Positions 10,504-20,195 of a stretch of 64,000 bases of DNA are shown one piece after another. Location of the stretch: contig JBBRPR010000029.1 in assembly GCA_038227875.1 (NCBI GenBank), forward strand, positions 36,939 to 100,938. The letters are read 5' to 3'. Below the pieces are notes generated by a model that did not search any database, was not told the DNA's origin, and was given only the letters and a program-made list of their open reading frames with translations. Within the stretch, counting starts at the first letter, position 1, and the number at the start of each line of letters is the position of its first letter. The position numbers and the translations under genes are program-made. Origin of the DNA: Planctomycetota bacterium (GTDB taxonomy: Bacteria; Planctomycetota; SZUA-567; H5-PLA8).

Positions 10504-10569
10504 ACTGCGGCATCTTGCTAATCGCCCGCCAATTCGCTACCTTATAAAGGGGCGGATGAAGGCGGGTGC

Positions 10570-11802
10570 ATGCGGCGCAAAGCTAAGACCAGAGTCCGAA
10601 TCGCAAAGTTGCCCGCCGACGGCGCGCCCGTGCGCGTGCTGGCGATCTCCGTTACTGGCGTGATGGGCGGCGCCGAACGTTCCTTCCTGGAAGTCCTGCG
10701 CGCGCTGCCGCGGGAGCGGATCGCGCCGGTCGCGTGTGTGCCGCCGGACAGTCCGCTCGACCGTCTCTGCGCCGCCGCTGAGATCCCGGTTGAGAGCGTT
10801 AACCTGCGCCGCTTCCGCCGTTCCACCAACCCGTTTGTCCTCGCCGGACAAGTCAAGGCGCTCTATCAGGGTTCGCGCGCCATCGTCGACATCTGCAAAG
10901 AGCAGAAGATCGATCTCATTCACGCCAACACCGACTCCGCGGCGTTCGTCGCGTGGGAGGTCTCGCGCATCACACAGCTTCCGTTCGTCTGGCATTGCCG
11001 CGATCTGGTGCCGATGCACGGTTTTGCGCGGATCTTGAGTAGCGCCGCGGCCGGCGTCGTGGCGATTTCGCGGGCGGTAGAGGCGCATCTCCTGAACGAA
11101 GGCGTCGCGCGCGAGAAACTCCACGTCATCGAAAACGGCATCGATCTGACCCGCATTCCCGAGCAGAGCAAGTGCGCCGAAATCCGCGCCAACCTGCGCG
11201 CGGAATTGAGGCTCGACGCCAACCGGCCCACCGTGCTCTGCGTCGGCTCCTACGCGCCGTGGAAACGACTCGAACAGTTTCTCGACATGCTCGCGCAGTT
11301 GCGCACGCAGGTGCCGGAGGTCATGGGCTTGCTCGTCGGCAGCGAAGGCGTCAGCAACAATCACGAATACGGCGAGGCGCTGATGGATCACGCCACGGCG
11401 GTGGGGCTTGATCCAACGGGGTTGCGCTTCCTGGGTGAACGCGACGACGTGCCGGCGCTGATGGCCGCGTCGGACCTGCTGGTCAGCTGCAGCGAGAACG
11501 AGCCCTTCGGGCGCGTGCTGGCGGAAGCCGGCGCCGCGGGATTGCCGGTGGTCTCGACGCGCTCGGGCGGCAAGGCGGAAATCGTCGACGACGGAACGAC
11601 CGGTTTTCTCACCGCGCAAGGCGACGTGCCGGAACTGACCGCGGCCTGTGCGCGGTTGTTGAAGGATGCGGCATTGCGGGAGAAGTTTGGCGCGGCGGCG
11701 CGCGAGCGCGTGGAAAAACTCTTCGACGTTCACCGCACGGCTGGAGAAGTGGCGCAGTTGTTTGAAACGATCACCGGCCGGCGCGAGGCCAGCCATGTTT
11801 GA
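10570..11802 (+). CDS. Glycosyltransferase family 4
   Basis: GGAERS, IHAN, VIENGID, SENEPFGRVLAEAGAAGLPVV. Confidence 0.92.
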   Translation: MRRKAKTRVRIAKLPADGAPVRVLAISVTGVMGGAERSFLEVLRALPRERIAPVACVPPDSPLDRLCAAAEIPVESVNLRRFRRSTNPFVLAGQVKALYQGSRAIVDICKEQKIDLIHANTDSAAFVAWEVSRITQLPFVWHCRDLVPMHGFARILSSAAAGVVAISRAVEAHLLNEGVAREKLHVIENGIDLTRIPEQSKCAEIRANLRAELRLDANRPTVLCVGSYAPWKRLEQFLDMLAQLRTQVPEVMGLLVGSEGVSNNHEYGEALMDHATAVGLDPTGLRFLGERDDVPALMAASDLLVSCSENEPFGRVLAEAGAAGLPVVSTRSGGKAEIVDDGTTGFLTAQGDVPELTAACARLLKDAALREKFGAAARERVEKLFDVHRTAGEVAQLFETITGRREASHV

Positions 11803-12103
11803 ACGTTTGGAATACGAAGAAGAAGGCGATCAGGTTCGGTCGAAACACACGTTAGTTGAAAATTATTCGGTGCTGCGCCGGCAGTATCTGCGGGCGCGCG
11901 AATACTGCGGGTACTCGCTTGATGAAATTATTAATTCCCGCGCAGCGCACCGTTACCTTTCTGAAATCTGGCTGTTGGGATGCATGGTCCGCAAGCCACA
12001 GAAGGCACAACAACTGCCCGAGCGCATCCGGATTGGTAATGTGATGCCGGTAGAGCCTTCGATGGCTGCCACGAAAAAGGGAAAGCTCGAACCCCGTCTT
12101 TAG
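11795..12103 (+). CDS. Small hypothetical protein
   Basis: ATG overlaps the GT4 3' end; 102 aa filling the gap before pilT. Confidence 0.6.
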   Translation: MFERLEYEEEGDQVRSKHTLVENYSVLRRQYLRAREYCGYSLDEIINSRAAHRYLSEIWLLGCMVRKPQKAQQLPERIRIGNVMPVEPSMAATKKGKLEPRL

Positions 12104-12147
12104 CGTGAATTGAGTGCACGCAAGGGCGGGCCGGGCGGAAAGTCACC

Positions 12148-13203
12148 ATGACCAGCGCCAGCAACGCCATCTTCCGCTACCTCGACGCGGCCATTTCCAA
12201 AGAGGCCAGCGACCTGATCTTCACCGTCGGTGTGCCGCCGTCCGTGCGCATCCACGGCAGCATCAGCCAGTTCGATGTCGCTCCGCTGACGATGGAAGAC
12301 ACGCAGAAGATTCTCTACAGCGTGCTCAACTCGCATCAGATTGCGCGCTTTGAAGAAGACAAAGAACTCGACTTCTCGATTCAGTATCAGAACAAGGCGC
12401 GCTTCCGCGGCAACGCGTTCCGGCAGAAGGGCGCAGTCGGCGCAGTCTTTCGCCTGATCTCATCGACGATTCCTACCCTGACCGATCTGGGGCTGCCGGG
12501 AGTGCTCGAAGAAGTCTGCACGCAGTCGCAGGGTCTCCTGCTGTTCACCGGGCCGACCGGGCATGGTAAATCGACCACGCAGGCGGCGATGGTCAACGTG
12601 ATCAACGAAAAGCGGCGCTGCCACATCATCACCGTCGAAGACCCGATCGAATTCCTCCACGTCTCGCAAAAGGCGATTATCGAACAGCGCGAAGTCGGCG
12701 ACGACACACACTCTTTTGCGTCGGCTTTGAAACACGTGCTGCGTCAAAATCCCGATGTCATCCAGATCGGCGAGTTGCGCGATCTGGAGAGCATGGCGGT
12801 GGCGCTGACGGCCGCGGAGACCGGACATCTGGTGATGGCGACGCTGCACACCAATTCCGCCGTGCAGGCCGTCGACCGCATCATCGACGTCTTTCCGCCG
12901 TACCAGCAGAACCAGATCCGGACACAGTTGAGCTTCTGCCTGACGGCGATTATTTCGCAGCGCCTGCTGCCGAAGGCCGATGGTCAGGGGCGCGTGCCGG
13001 CCGTGGAAATTCTGCGCAACCTGCCCAGCGTCGCCAACCTGATTCGCGAAGGCAAGACGCAGCAGATCGCCAGCATCATCGAAACGCACGCCAAGGTCGG
13101 CATGCAGACGATGGATTCGGTGTTGAAGGACATGTATCGCCGCGGCGTCATCACCCGCGACACGGCGATGAAGCACGTGACCAGCCCGCGTACGCTGGAC
13201 TAA
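12148..13203 (+). CDS. pilT: Type IV pilus retraction ATPase PilT/PilU family
   Basis: Walker A GPTGHGKSTT, Asp box TVEDPIE, Walker B DVIQIGELRD, His box TLHTNS, ANLIRE. Confidence 0.93.
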   Translation: MTSASNAIFRYLDAAISKEASDLIFTVGVPPSVRIHGSISQFDVAPLTMEDTQKILYSVLNSHQIARFEEDKELDFSIQYQNKARFRGNAFRQKGAVGAVFRLISSTIPTLTDLGLPGVLEEVCTQSQGLLLFTGPTGHGKSTTQAAMVNVINEKRRCHIITVEDPIEFLHVSQKAIIEQREVGDDTHSFASALKHVLRQNPDVIQIGELRDLESMAVALTAAETGHLVMATLHTNSAVQAVDRIIDVFPPYQQNQIRTQLSFCLTAIISQRLLPKADGQGRVPAVEILRNLPSVANLIREGKTQQIASIIETHAKVGMQTMDSVLKDMYRRGVITRDTAMKHVTSPRTLD

Positions 13204-13286
13204 GCGAGCGTGTGTTTAATAGCCACCATATTGCAAATTTGCAATATGGTGGGCGTCCCGCGCTACACAAGAATGGAGGTACGCGA

Positions 13287-14063
13287 ATGCCTGTGATTTA
13301 CTTTCTCGCGTCCTTGGCGTTTGTGGGTCTGGGCGTGTACGGCGGCATGTGCGCCTATTACCGCTGGACCGGCGGCGACCGTGGCTTTATCTGCTTCGAA
13401 CCGCTCTGGGGGATGTACTTCGGGCTGGCGCAGTTCTTTACACTGGCCGGCGCGGCGGCGGGATTTCACGCGCTGAACGGTAACGCATTTCTGGTGGAGC
13501 TGGCGCTCTTTCCCTTCGGCGTGGCGGGGACGGTGATGTGGGGCTTTGGCTTCGCGATGGAATCCGGCACGCGCTTCATGGAAGAATCGTCGAGCAAGGT
13601 CGTGCGCACGTTTGACCGCGGCGACGGCTTGATGACGCAGAGTAAGTTCGCCGAAGCCGAACAGGAATTCCGCACCGCGCGCGAGGAAGAGCCCGGAAAC
13701 ATGGAAGCGCTGATGCGCCTTAGCCGTGCGTTGGAAGGGCAGAAAAAGTACGAGATGGCCGCACAGGAACTGGCCAGCGCGCTGCGCGGCATCATCGACC
13801 AGCGCAACGACCCGGCGTTTGAGAAAGATCCATGGGAGCCGAAAGTGTTGCTGATCACCTACGCGCTCGGCGACTTGTATGCAGGAAAACTGTCGGACTC
13901 CGAACGCGCATTGCGACTCTACAAATCGACGCTGGAACTGCTCTTCGGCTACCGTGATGCCAACCCGCTGCGCGAACGCTTGAAGCGTCTCGAACGCGCC
14001 TCGGCGGAGCTGCCGGTCGATCCGGCGGAAGTCGTTCCGCATCGCGTCTCGCTGGACGACTGA
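13287..14063 (+). CDS. Membrane protein with C-terminal TPR repeats
   Basis: Three hydrophobic segments then TPR-like helices (AEAEQEFRTA..EPGNMEALMRLSRAL); GGAGG RBS before ATG 13287. Confidence 0.7.
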   Translation: MPVIYFLASLAFVGLGVYGGMCAYYRWTGGDRGFICFEPLWGMYFGLAQFFTLAGAAAGFHALNGNAFLVELALFPFGVAGTVMWGFGFAMESGTRFMEESSSKVVRTFDRGDGLMTQSKFAEAEQEFRTAREEEPGNMEALMRLSRALEGQKKYEMAAQELASALRGIIDQRNDPAFEKDPWEPKVLLITYALGDLYAGKLSDSERALRLYKSTLELLFGYRDANPLRERLKRLERASAELPVDPAEVVPHRVSLDD

Positions 14064-14089
14064 ATTTCTGCCACTTCTGTGGGGCGACT

Positions 14090-14467
14090 ATGACGCGCGT
14101 GATCGGTATGGTTTGGGTCACGACGCTGTTCATACTGCCAGCGTGTTCCACGTCACATGAAGTTGCCTGCAACGCAGCCCCAATTTCCTCAACAGCGGTC
14201 GATCCCACTAAACAACTGTATGGTGGAATGAGCGTTGCGGCGTTGGAGGTATTGCTCGGCAAGCCTGATACAGTGCGGCCATGGGGCAGAATGTCGGGAC
14301 CCGGAAGTAGCGACCCGGTCTTTGCCTGGAATTACACGCACATCAAAAATGAGTCCGGAGAATTCTTGCGCGTTGTCATTGTTGCGCGCCCGGGCGATAC
14401 CGTCTTTGAATTTTCATACGAGGTGGAGTCGTGGAACTTTGTCAACCTTAGCGACCAAGGTCGCTAG
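14090..14467 (+). CDS. Putative small lipoprotein (SmpA/BamE-like)
   Basis: LPAC lipobox-like; GMSxxxLEVLLGKPD...WNY pattern; lower GC than flanks. Confidence 0.55.
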   Translation: MTRVIGMVWVTTLFILPACSTSHEVACNAAPISSTAVDPTKQLYGGMSVAALEVLLGKPDTVRPWGRMSGPGSSDPVFAWNYTHIKNESGEFLRVVIVARPGDTVFEFSYEVESWNFVNLSDQGR

Positions 14468-14824
14468 GGTGATTTAATCTTGTTACAAATTTGAAACCGT
14501 AGTCTGCGGAGTGGTCAGGATAGGGACTACAGTCCCCATGTTGGCTTTTGACCACATGGCCAATTGGTACCTTCCGGAAAATTTTCCGGAGGGGCATTGC
14601 CATTCCTCCATATTCTTGTCCCGCCATTACCCCTGCCAAAGAAATAGTAGCAGGCGAATTCTTCGGCGGCGGCTTTCCCACATCTTCAGTGCTGTGTTAC
14701 CTCTGCTGCGAGTGGCTCACAGGTGCATGACTCGCCATCAACAGCGGCATTCGTGCTCACGCTAATTTCACAAGATTTCCGAACAAGCCGCGTGTTGGCG
14801 GGGACTTAGTTATAGGAGGCACTC

Positions 14825-15424
14825 GTGGCCACAACGACGTCGGCACAACACATCATGAGACAAGCGCGCGAAGATTCGCCGGATGGCGTGCCCCCGGAAT
14901 ATTGGGAATTGCTCAACCAATACCGCGCGGAACTGATCGCGCAGGCTGCCGGAATTCTCGGCAACGCCGCCGACGCTGAAGACGTGGTGCAGGAAACGTT
15001 CTTCGAAGCGCTGCGCCACACCGAACAGATGAACCACGCTGAATCGCTGGGCGCGTGGATGCGCAACGCCAACCGCTGCAACGCGCTCAACCGTCTGCGC
15101 TCGCGGACGCGCGACAAGAAAAAATCGGAGCGCCTGATTCGTCTCGAACCCGACGCCACGCACACCACCGGCGGCTTTAGCGCGCTGGAACTGCGCGAGT
15201 CCGTCGCCAAAGCACTGCAGAAACTTCCGTCGCATAAACGCGAAATCGTGCGGCTGCGCTACTGGGAGAATCTTTCGTACAAGGAAATCGCGCAGCGCCT
15301 GAAGCTGCCGCAGGGCACCGTGGGCCGGATTCTCTGCGAAGCGTCCTTGGAACTCTACGAAGCCATGCAATCGCATCTGGAACCTGGAACGCCGCCGGCC
15401 AACGCGCCGGACGAAGCGGTCTAA
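14825..15424 (+). CDS. ECF RNA polymerase sigma factor
   Basis: DAEDVVQETF, WM..ANRCNALN; region 4 LPSHKREIVRLRYWENLSYKEIAQRL. Confidence 0.92.
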   Translation: MATTTSAQHIMRQAREDSPDGVPPEYWELLNQYRAELIAQAAGILGNAADAEDVVQETFFEALRHTEQMNHAESLGAWMRNANRCNALNRLRSRTRDKKKSERLIRLEPDATHTTGGFSALELRESVAKALQKLPSHKREIVRLRYWENLSYKEIAQRLKLPQGTVGRILCEASLELYEAMQSHLEPGTPPANAPDEAV

Positions 15425-15440
15425 TCAAAGGGGAAACGCA

Positions 15441-17390
15441 ATGGTCTCGATCGACACCTGTGAAGCGGTCACCGAACTGATGGGACCGTATCTGGAAAAG
15501 GATCTGCCCGCGGCCGATCGCAGCAAGGTCGAGACGCATCTCAAGATCTGCGACGCATGCCGCGACAAGCTCCGTCGCTTTGGCGCCGTGCGCGGATTGC
15601 TGCAGTACACCTCACGACTGGACACCGGCAAAAACAACGTCGTCGAACCGCTCGAAGATCGCGGCGAGCTCGTGGGTGCGGCCCCGGGCAGCGGGATGCT
15701 CGGTCGCATGAGTGGCGCGCCGTGGTGGGCCGTTTCGCTGGCGCTCCACGTCCTCGTCATCTTGCTGGCCAGTCTGGTCTCGATGGCCATCGAACTGCCG
15801 AAGAATGATGACGCCGTGATCATGACCACCGAATTGCAGCAGCGCCCGGTGCTGACCAACGACGAGCAGGAAAAGCCCAAGCCTCCCGCGGAAACCGCGC
15901 TGCAGTCGAAGTCCGACACGCCGCCGACCGATCCGACCTCGCAGGAAGTGTCCAATATCGTCGTGCCGCCGGACATCCTGGCCAAGGCGGAACTCGGCGA
16001 CCATTTTGAAACCATTAATCTCGACCGACCCGACACGCACAGCGCGTTTGGCAACGAAGACGCGAAGATGTTTCACTCTGTCTCCGGCAACGATGACAAG
16101 CCCGGCGGCGGCGGGACGGGTGGGATGAGCATGGAAGACGTGGTCGGCGTCGGCGGCGCAGGCAGCGCGGGCACCGGCGGCGGCTGGGGCGGCGGAAATG
16201 GCACGGGCATTGGCGTGCAATCGGGCGCGGGGAAGGGGAGCTTCGGCAATCGCTCCGGCGGCGGACGCAAGCTGATGGTCAAGCGCCACGGCGGATCGGC
16301 CGCGACGGAAAGTGCCGTCGACAAGGCGCTGCGCTGGCTGGCGTACCATCAGGAAGCCGACGGCCACTGGGAAGTCGACAAATTCTTGAGCAACAAGGAA
16401 CTCCGCTACGGCGGCAGCGCATGGCTGAATTCCAAGTTCGTCCCCGGCGTGACCGGATTGGCGACGCTGGCCTTCCTCGGCGCCGGACATTCCACCCGCA
16501 TCGGCGCGTACAAGGACAACGTCAAGCGCGCCGTCGCCTGGATCATGTCGCAGCAGGGACCCGACGGCGATTACTCCTCGAAGTATCCCGGCAGCAAACT
16601 CGCGCAGTACTACGACCACTGCATCTGCACGCTGGCGCTGTGCGAAGCGCTGGCGATGAGCGGCCATATCGCGGAAAGCCCGGGCGACAAGAAATCCGAA
16701 CTGCAGGATTCGGTCGAGAAGGGCATCGCGCTGATCCTGAAGTGGCAGTCGCAGAATACCACCGGCGGCTGGACGTACTACGACCGCCAAGTCACCGATC
16801 CGACCGTGACCGGTTGGGCGGTGATGGCGCTGAAGTCGGCGAAGGTGGCTGGCATTCACGTTCCGGCCGATGCGATCTTGCGCGCCAAAGATGCGATCAA
16901 GAACGTCACCACACTCGACAAGGCCAAGGGCGATTACGGCGAGTCTGTCACCGGCTATCTCGACGCGGGCGCGAAGAACTTCGGCAGTAAAGGCTACGCC
17001 TGCACGGCCGCTGGCATGGTGATCAACCTGTTCCTCGGCGCGAACACGACCGACGACTACGTCGCCGGAGCCGCCGCCTTCATCACCGCCGACGACGGCC
17101 TGCCGCAGTACCTCTTCAAGCCGCAGGACCCGACGACCGATCATCAGAATCTTTACTACTGGTACTACGGCACGATGGGTACGTTCCAGGCCGGCGGCGA
17201 TTACTGGAAGAAGTGGAACGAAAAACTGAAAGCCGCGCTGGTCCCCAATCAGTGCAAAGACGGCGACAACGACGGCTCATGGGCTCCCGATGACGTCTGG
17301 GGTGCATGGGGCGGCCGCGTGTACTCGACGGCGCTGGGGTGTCTGTGCCTGGAGGTGTATTACCGGTATCAGAAGTTGAATGACAAGTGA
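15441..17390 (+). CDS. Zinc-finger anti-sigma fused via a TM helix and Gly-rich linker to a prenyltransferase/squalene-cyclase-like repeat (alpha/alpha barrel) domain
   Basis: HLKICDAC (HxxxCxxC); TM SLALHVLVILLASLV; QW-type repeats QEADGHW, QGPDGDY, QNTTGGW, GSW. Confidence 0.85.
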   Translation: MVSIDTCEAVTELMGPYLEKDLPAADRSKVETHLKICDACRDKLRRFGAVRGLLQYTSRLDTGKNNVVEPLEDRGELVGAAPGSGMLGRMSGAPWWAVSLALHVLVILLASLVSMAIELPKNDDAVIMTTELQQRPVLTNDEQEKPKPPAETALQSKSDTPPTDPTSQEVSNIVVPPDILAKAELGDHFETINLDRPDTHSAFGNEDAKMFHSVSGNDDKPGGGGTGGMSMEDVVGVGGAGSAGTGGGWGGGNGTGIGVQSGAGKGSFGNRSGGGRKLMVKRHGGSAATESAVDKALRWLAYHQEADGHWEVDKFLSNKELRYGGSAWLNSKFVPGVTGLATLAFLGAGHSTRIGAYKDNVKRAVAWIMSQQGPDGDYSSKYPGSKLAQYYDHCICTLALCEALAMSGHIAESPGDKKSELQDSVEKGIALILKWQSQNTTGGWTYYDRQVTDPTVTGWAVMALKSAKVAGIHVPADAILRAKDAIKNVTTLDKAKGDYGESVTGYLDAGAKNFGSKGYACTAAGMVINLFLGANTTDDYVAGAAAFITADDGLPQYLFKPQDPTTDHQNLYYWYYGTMGTFQAGGDYWKKWNEKLKAALVPNQCKDGDNDGSWAPDDVWGAWGGRVYSTALGCLCLEVYYRYQKLNDK

Positions 17391-17418
17391 AGCGCGCCGC
17401 GCGGCGCGCCATGGCGCG

Positions 17419-17527
17419 AGGGGTCAGGGGTCAGGGGTCAGAGGTGGGTGCATCTGCGGATGTGACGTTACTTTGAGCGCAATCGTTGTAAGAAGGCAGA
17501 AGGCAGAAGGCAGTAGCAGTAGGCAGT
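17419..17527. repeat. Short tandem heptamer repeats (AGGGGTC x3; AGGCAGW x5)
   Basis: AGGGGTC x3 at 17419-17439; AGGCAGA/AGGCAGT array at 17494-17527. Confidence 0.75.
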
Positions 17528-17651
17528 TTTTTCGAGATGGAGTGTCAAAAAAACGGACGGGCGAGATTTGGCCAGTTATCCTGACCGTGTTCTCGGAACC
17601 GTTTCAGAACTGATTGTGTGCGCCGACGAGGTTCTTGTTCGCTGGCGCTCA

Positions 17652-17680
17652 CCCATCCGAATTCTTCGAATTCGGATGGG
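17652..17680. repeat. Perfect 13-bp hairpin (REP-like or bidirectional terminator)
   Basis: CCCATCCGAATTC-TTC-GAATTCGGATGGG between convergent genes. Confidence 0.65.
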
Positions 17681-17778
17681 CCGCCCTCGCGGGTTACGGG
17701 TGCGTCATTTTGACTGACGGATTGCTCGACTCGCCGACAGGACTCCCAAGTGCCAAAAGCTACGAGCCAAGAGCCGCC

Positions 17779-20181
17779 CTACTCGTACGTCAGCTTGAAC
17801 AGGACGCGCAGGCCTCGGCAGGTAGGGCAGCGGAAGGTGATCGGGTGGCCGCCGGGGCCGGCGGTGGTCATGGTACCGGTGCCGGCGCATTCGTTGCAGC
17901 GTTCCTCAGTCACCTTCGAACTGAACAGTTTCTCGGCGGCGATGGCGCGCAGGATGGACAGTTGCGTGTCGGTGCTTTGGTTGGCGAACCAGACGTTCGG
18001 GTCGTCGCTGGTCTCCGGATTTTCAACCGGCTTCGCGTTGGCGTAGGGCTGCGCGTGGCTGTTGTGCGGACGCAGCGTGGTCAGCTCAGCGCTGTCAGAG
18101 AGCGGCAATTGTTTGACGCCGTCGCGCAGCCAGCCGCCTCTGCCATACGCGGCGTCGTGAATCGTGGCGTAGACCGGATCGGAGATGATGCGGCCTTCTT
18201 CGTAGCGGGCATCTTTGTTGGTGCGGCGGTCGAAGTAGTCGCGCACGTCCTTCTCGGCGATGCCCGTGCCGCGCAGCGTGCGGGCGATGGTGGTGACAAG
18301 CTGCGCTTTCAGGCCGTCGGGGCGGCGCGTGTCGCTGACGTAATCCTTCAGATCGTCGAACGTGAGCGGCACTTCGCGTACGCCGACACTCAAGTCCACG
18401 TCGTCGATGGAGACGACTTCGCGAGTCGGGATGGTCAGGTTCATTTCGCCGACTTTGAGGCTGACGATGCCGTAGCCGTCGCCAGGAATCAACGTGCCGC
18501 GGAAGATGTCGCCGTGCGACGTCGTGACCTGTTTGCCCGGCAGCGAGGGAACGATATTGCCCTTCGCGTCGACCTTGACGCGGCGGGCGAGCTGTTTCTG
18601 GATCAGGTCCAGCGCCACGGTGTACGACATCTGGATGACGCGCTTGCGGACTTCGGTTTTGCAGCCGGCTTCGATGCCCGCGCGCATCGCGTCCCAGCGG
18701 CTCTTGAATTCCGAATTAGGAAAGTTGCGGTCGAGCTTCTCGAGGCACTCCGCGGCGGCGAAGTAATCCCGGGTGAGATTCGCGCGCTGCATCCTTTCGA
18801 ACAGATCCAGCGTCTGCTGGCGCGCATGCGAGCGGATGATTTCCATTTTGAAATCGTGATTCGGGCCTTCGGTGCGCGGATCGATAATCTCGGCGCTCTT
18901 GAGCTGGTCGAGCGCTTCGAGATAAAGGCCGATCGTGGCGGCTTTGCGGGCGAGTTCCAGATGCGCGGCGGCATCGTCGCTGGCCGGCGGCTTGTCGCTT
19001 AGCCAGCGGTCGTAGACTTCGTGCCTCGTGTAGAAATCGCATTCGTAGCACGGGATCGCGTCCTCCGATTTGATGTCGGCGGCCGGGATCATCAGCAGAG
19101 GCGCGTTGGCGGTGCGGAAGGCGCGCTGGCCGTTGAAGTCGCGGTCGGGGAGCGGCAGGACGTCCATGGTTCTGCCGCTGGCCAGATGGAGCCGCGCGCC
19201 GGTAACCTTCTCGCCCCAGGCGGTGCGGCCGCCGCTCTCTTCAAGTCCGTATTGTTTCTTGATGCGCCGTCGCTCGCTGGACTCCAGTGTGTTCCAGCGT
19301 AACGCGACGACCTGGCCGGTGTCGGCGAGCTTGATCTTAAAATCGGTCTCCGTGGCCGGCAGGATCGCCTTGCCGATAATCGGCTCACCATTCACCACGA
19401 CGATGACATCGTCGGCAGACGCCACATTTTCAGGCTGCGCAATGGCCGCAGGCTCGACGGGCGGCGCGACCGGTGTGGGCGGAGGAACCACGGACGTGGA
19501 CGCAACCGGGGGGATCGAATCGGGAAGCTTCGGCGCTTCGACTTTGGGGTCTGGCGTAGTCGGAGGCGGCGGAGTGGTCGCGACGACCGGCGGCATATCG
19601 ACAGGAGCTTTCTCTGCGACCTCTGGGCGGATCGATGGCGTGGGGGTCGGAGCGACAGGCCCGCGCGACGGCGGAGCCTCGGCGTGAGTCAGCGGCGGAG
19701 CGGGCTTGATTCCGGCAGGAGGCGTTTTCGTTTCGAGCGGTTCTTCGCGCGGCGAGACGGATACCGCCACGGGCTGTGCGCTGCGTTTCATGCTGAAAAA
19801 CACCAGCACCGCCGCGCACGCGATCAGCGACGCGACCGTGCCGACCCACAATCTCACCACCCACGAGCGCAGGCGCTGATTTTCCGCGCGCCAGGCTTCG
19901 GGGATCGTGGCTTGCGCAGTCACCGAGGTTGCCGCTGCTTCTGTTGGTACGCTCACGGCGTCCGTGGCTGTGGTTGACGCACTGGCTGCGGCGGCTTCCA
20001 GATCGGGGCGGACGCGTCGCACGGTCTGAGCGCGGGATGACGTGATCTTGTGTTGAACGGTCGCGAAAATGTTGTCGAGCTGCGACGGCGTCGGATTGCC
20101 GCCATTTTCCAGCGTCTGGCGCAACACGTGGCCGAAGCGGTCGTGTTCAGGAATGATCGGTTCCGGTTCGTTCATGCCCAT
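17779..20181 (-). CDS. Large single-TM protein (putative anti-sigma) with Pro-rich linker, TPR-like helices and C-terminal CxxCxGxG zinc finger
   Basis: ATG 20181 after GAAGGAAGG; TM LWVGTVASLIACAAVLVFF; CNECAGTG...CPTCRG; directly follows an ECF sigma gene. Confidence 0.75.
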   Translation of the reverse strand: MGMNEPEPIIPEHDRFGHVLRQTLENGGNPTPSQLDNIFATVQHKITSSRAQTVRRVRPDLEAAAASASTTATDAVSVPTEAAATSVTAQATIPEAWRAENQRLRSWVVRLWVGTVASLIACAAVLVFFSMKRSAQPVAVSVSPREEPLETKTPPAGIKPAPPLTHAEAPPSRGPVAPTPTPSIRPEVAEKAPVDMPPVVATTPPPPTTPDPKVEAPKLPDSIPPVASTSVVPPPTPVAPPVEPAAIAQPENVASADDVIVVVNGEPIIGKAILPATETDFKIKLADTGQVVALRWNTLESSERRRIKKQYGLEESGGRTAWGEKVTGARLHLASGRTMDVLPLPDRDFNGQRAFRTANAPLLMIPAADIKSEDAIPCYECDFYTRHEVYDRWLSDKPPASDDAAAHLELARKAATIGLYLEALDQLKSAEIIDPRTEGPNHDFKMEIIRSHARQQTLDLFERMQRANLTRDYFAAAECLEKLDRNFPNSEFKSRWDAMRAGIEAGCKTEVRKRVIQMSYTVALDLIQKQLARRVKVDAKGNIVPSLPGKQVTTSHGDIFRGTLIPGDGYGIVSLKVGEMNLTIPTREVVSIDDVDLSVGVREVPLTFDDLKDYVSDTRRPDGLKAQLVTTIARTLRGTGIAEKDVRDYFDRRTNKDARYEEGRIISDPVYATIHDAAYGRGGWLRDGVKQLPLSDSAELTTLRPHNSHAQPYANAKPVENPETSDDPNVWFANQSTDTQLSILRAIAAEKLFSSKVTEERCNECAGTGTMTTAGPGGHPITFRCPTCRGLRVLFKLTYE

Positions 20182-20195
20182 GGACGTGCCTTCCT

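Noticed and set aside
15441..17390. Squalene-hopene cyclase / terpene biosynthetic gene
   Set aside because: QW-like repeats are present but there is no DxDD motif, only one barrel, and an anti-sigma/TM N-terminus
17419..17527. CRISPR array
   Set aside because: Units are 7 nt with no spacers and there are no cas genes
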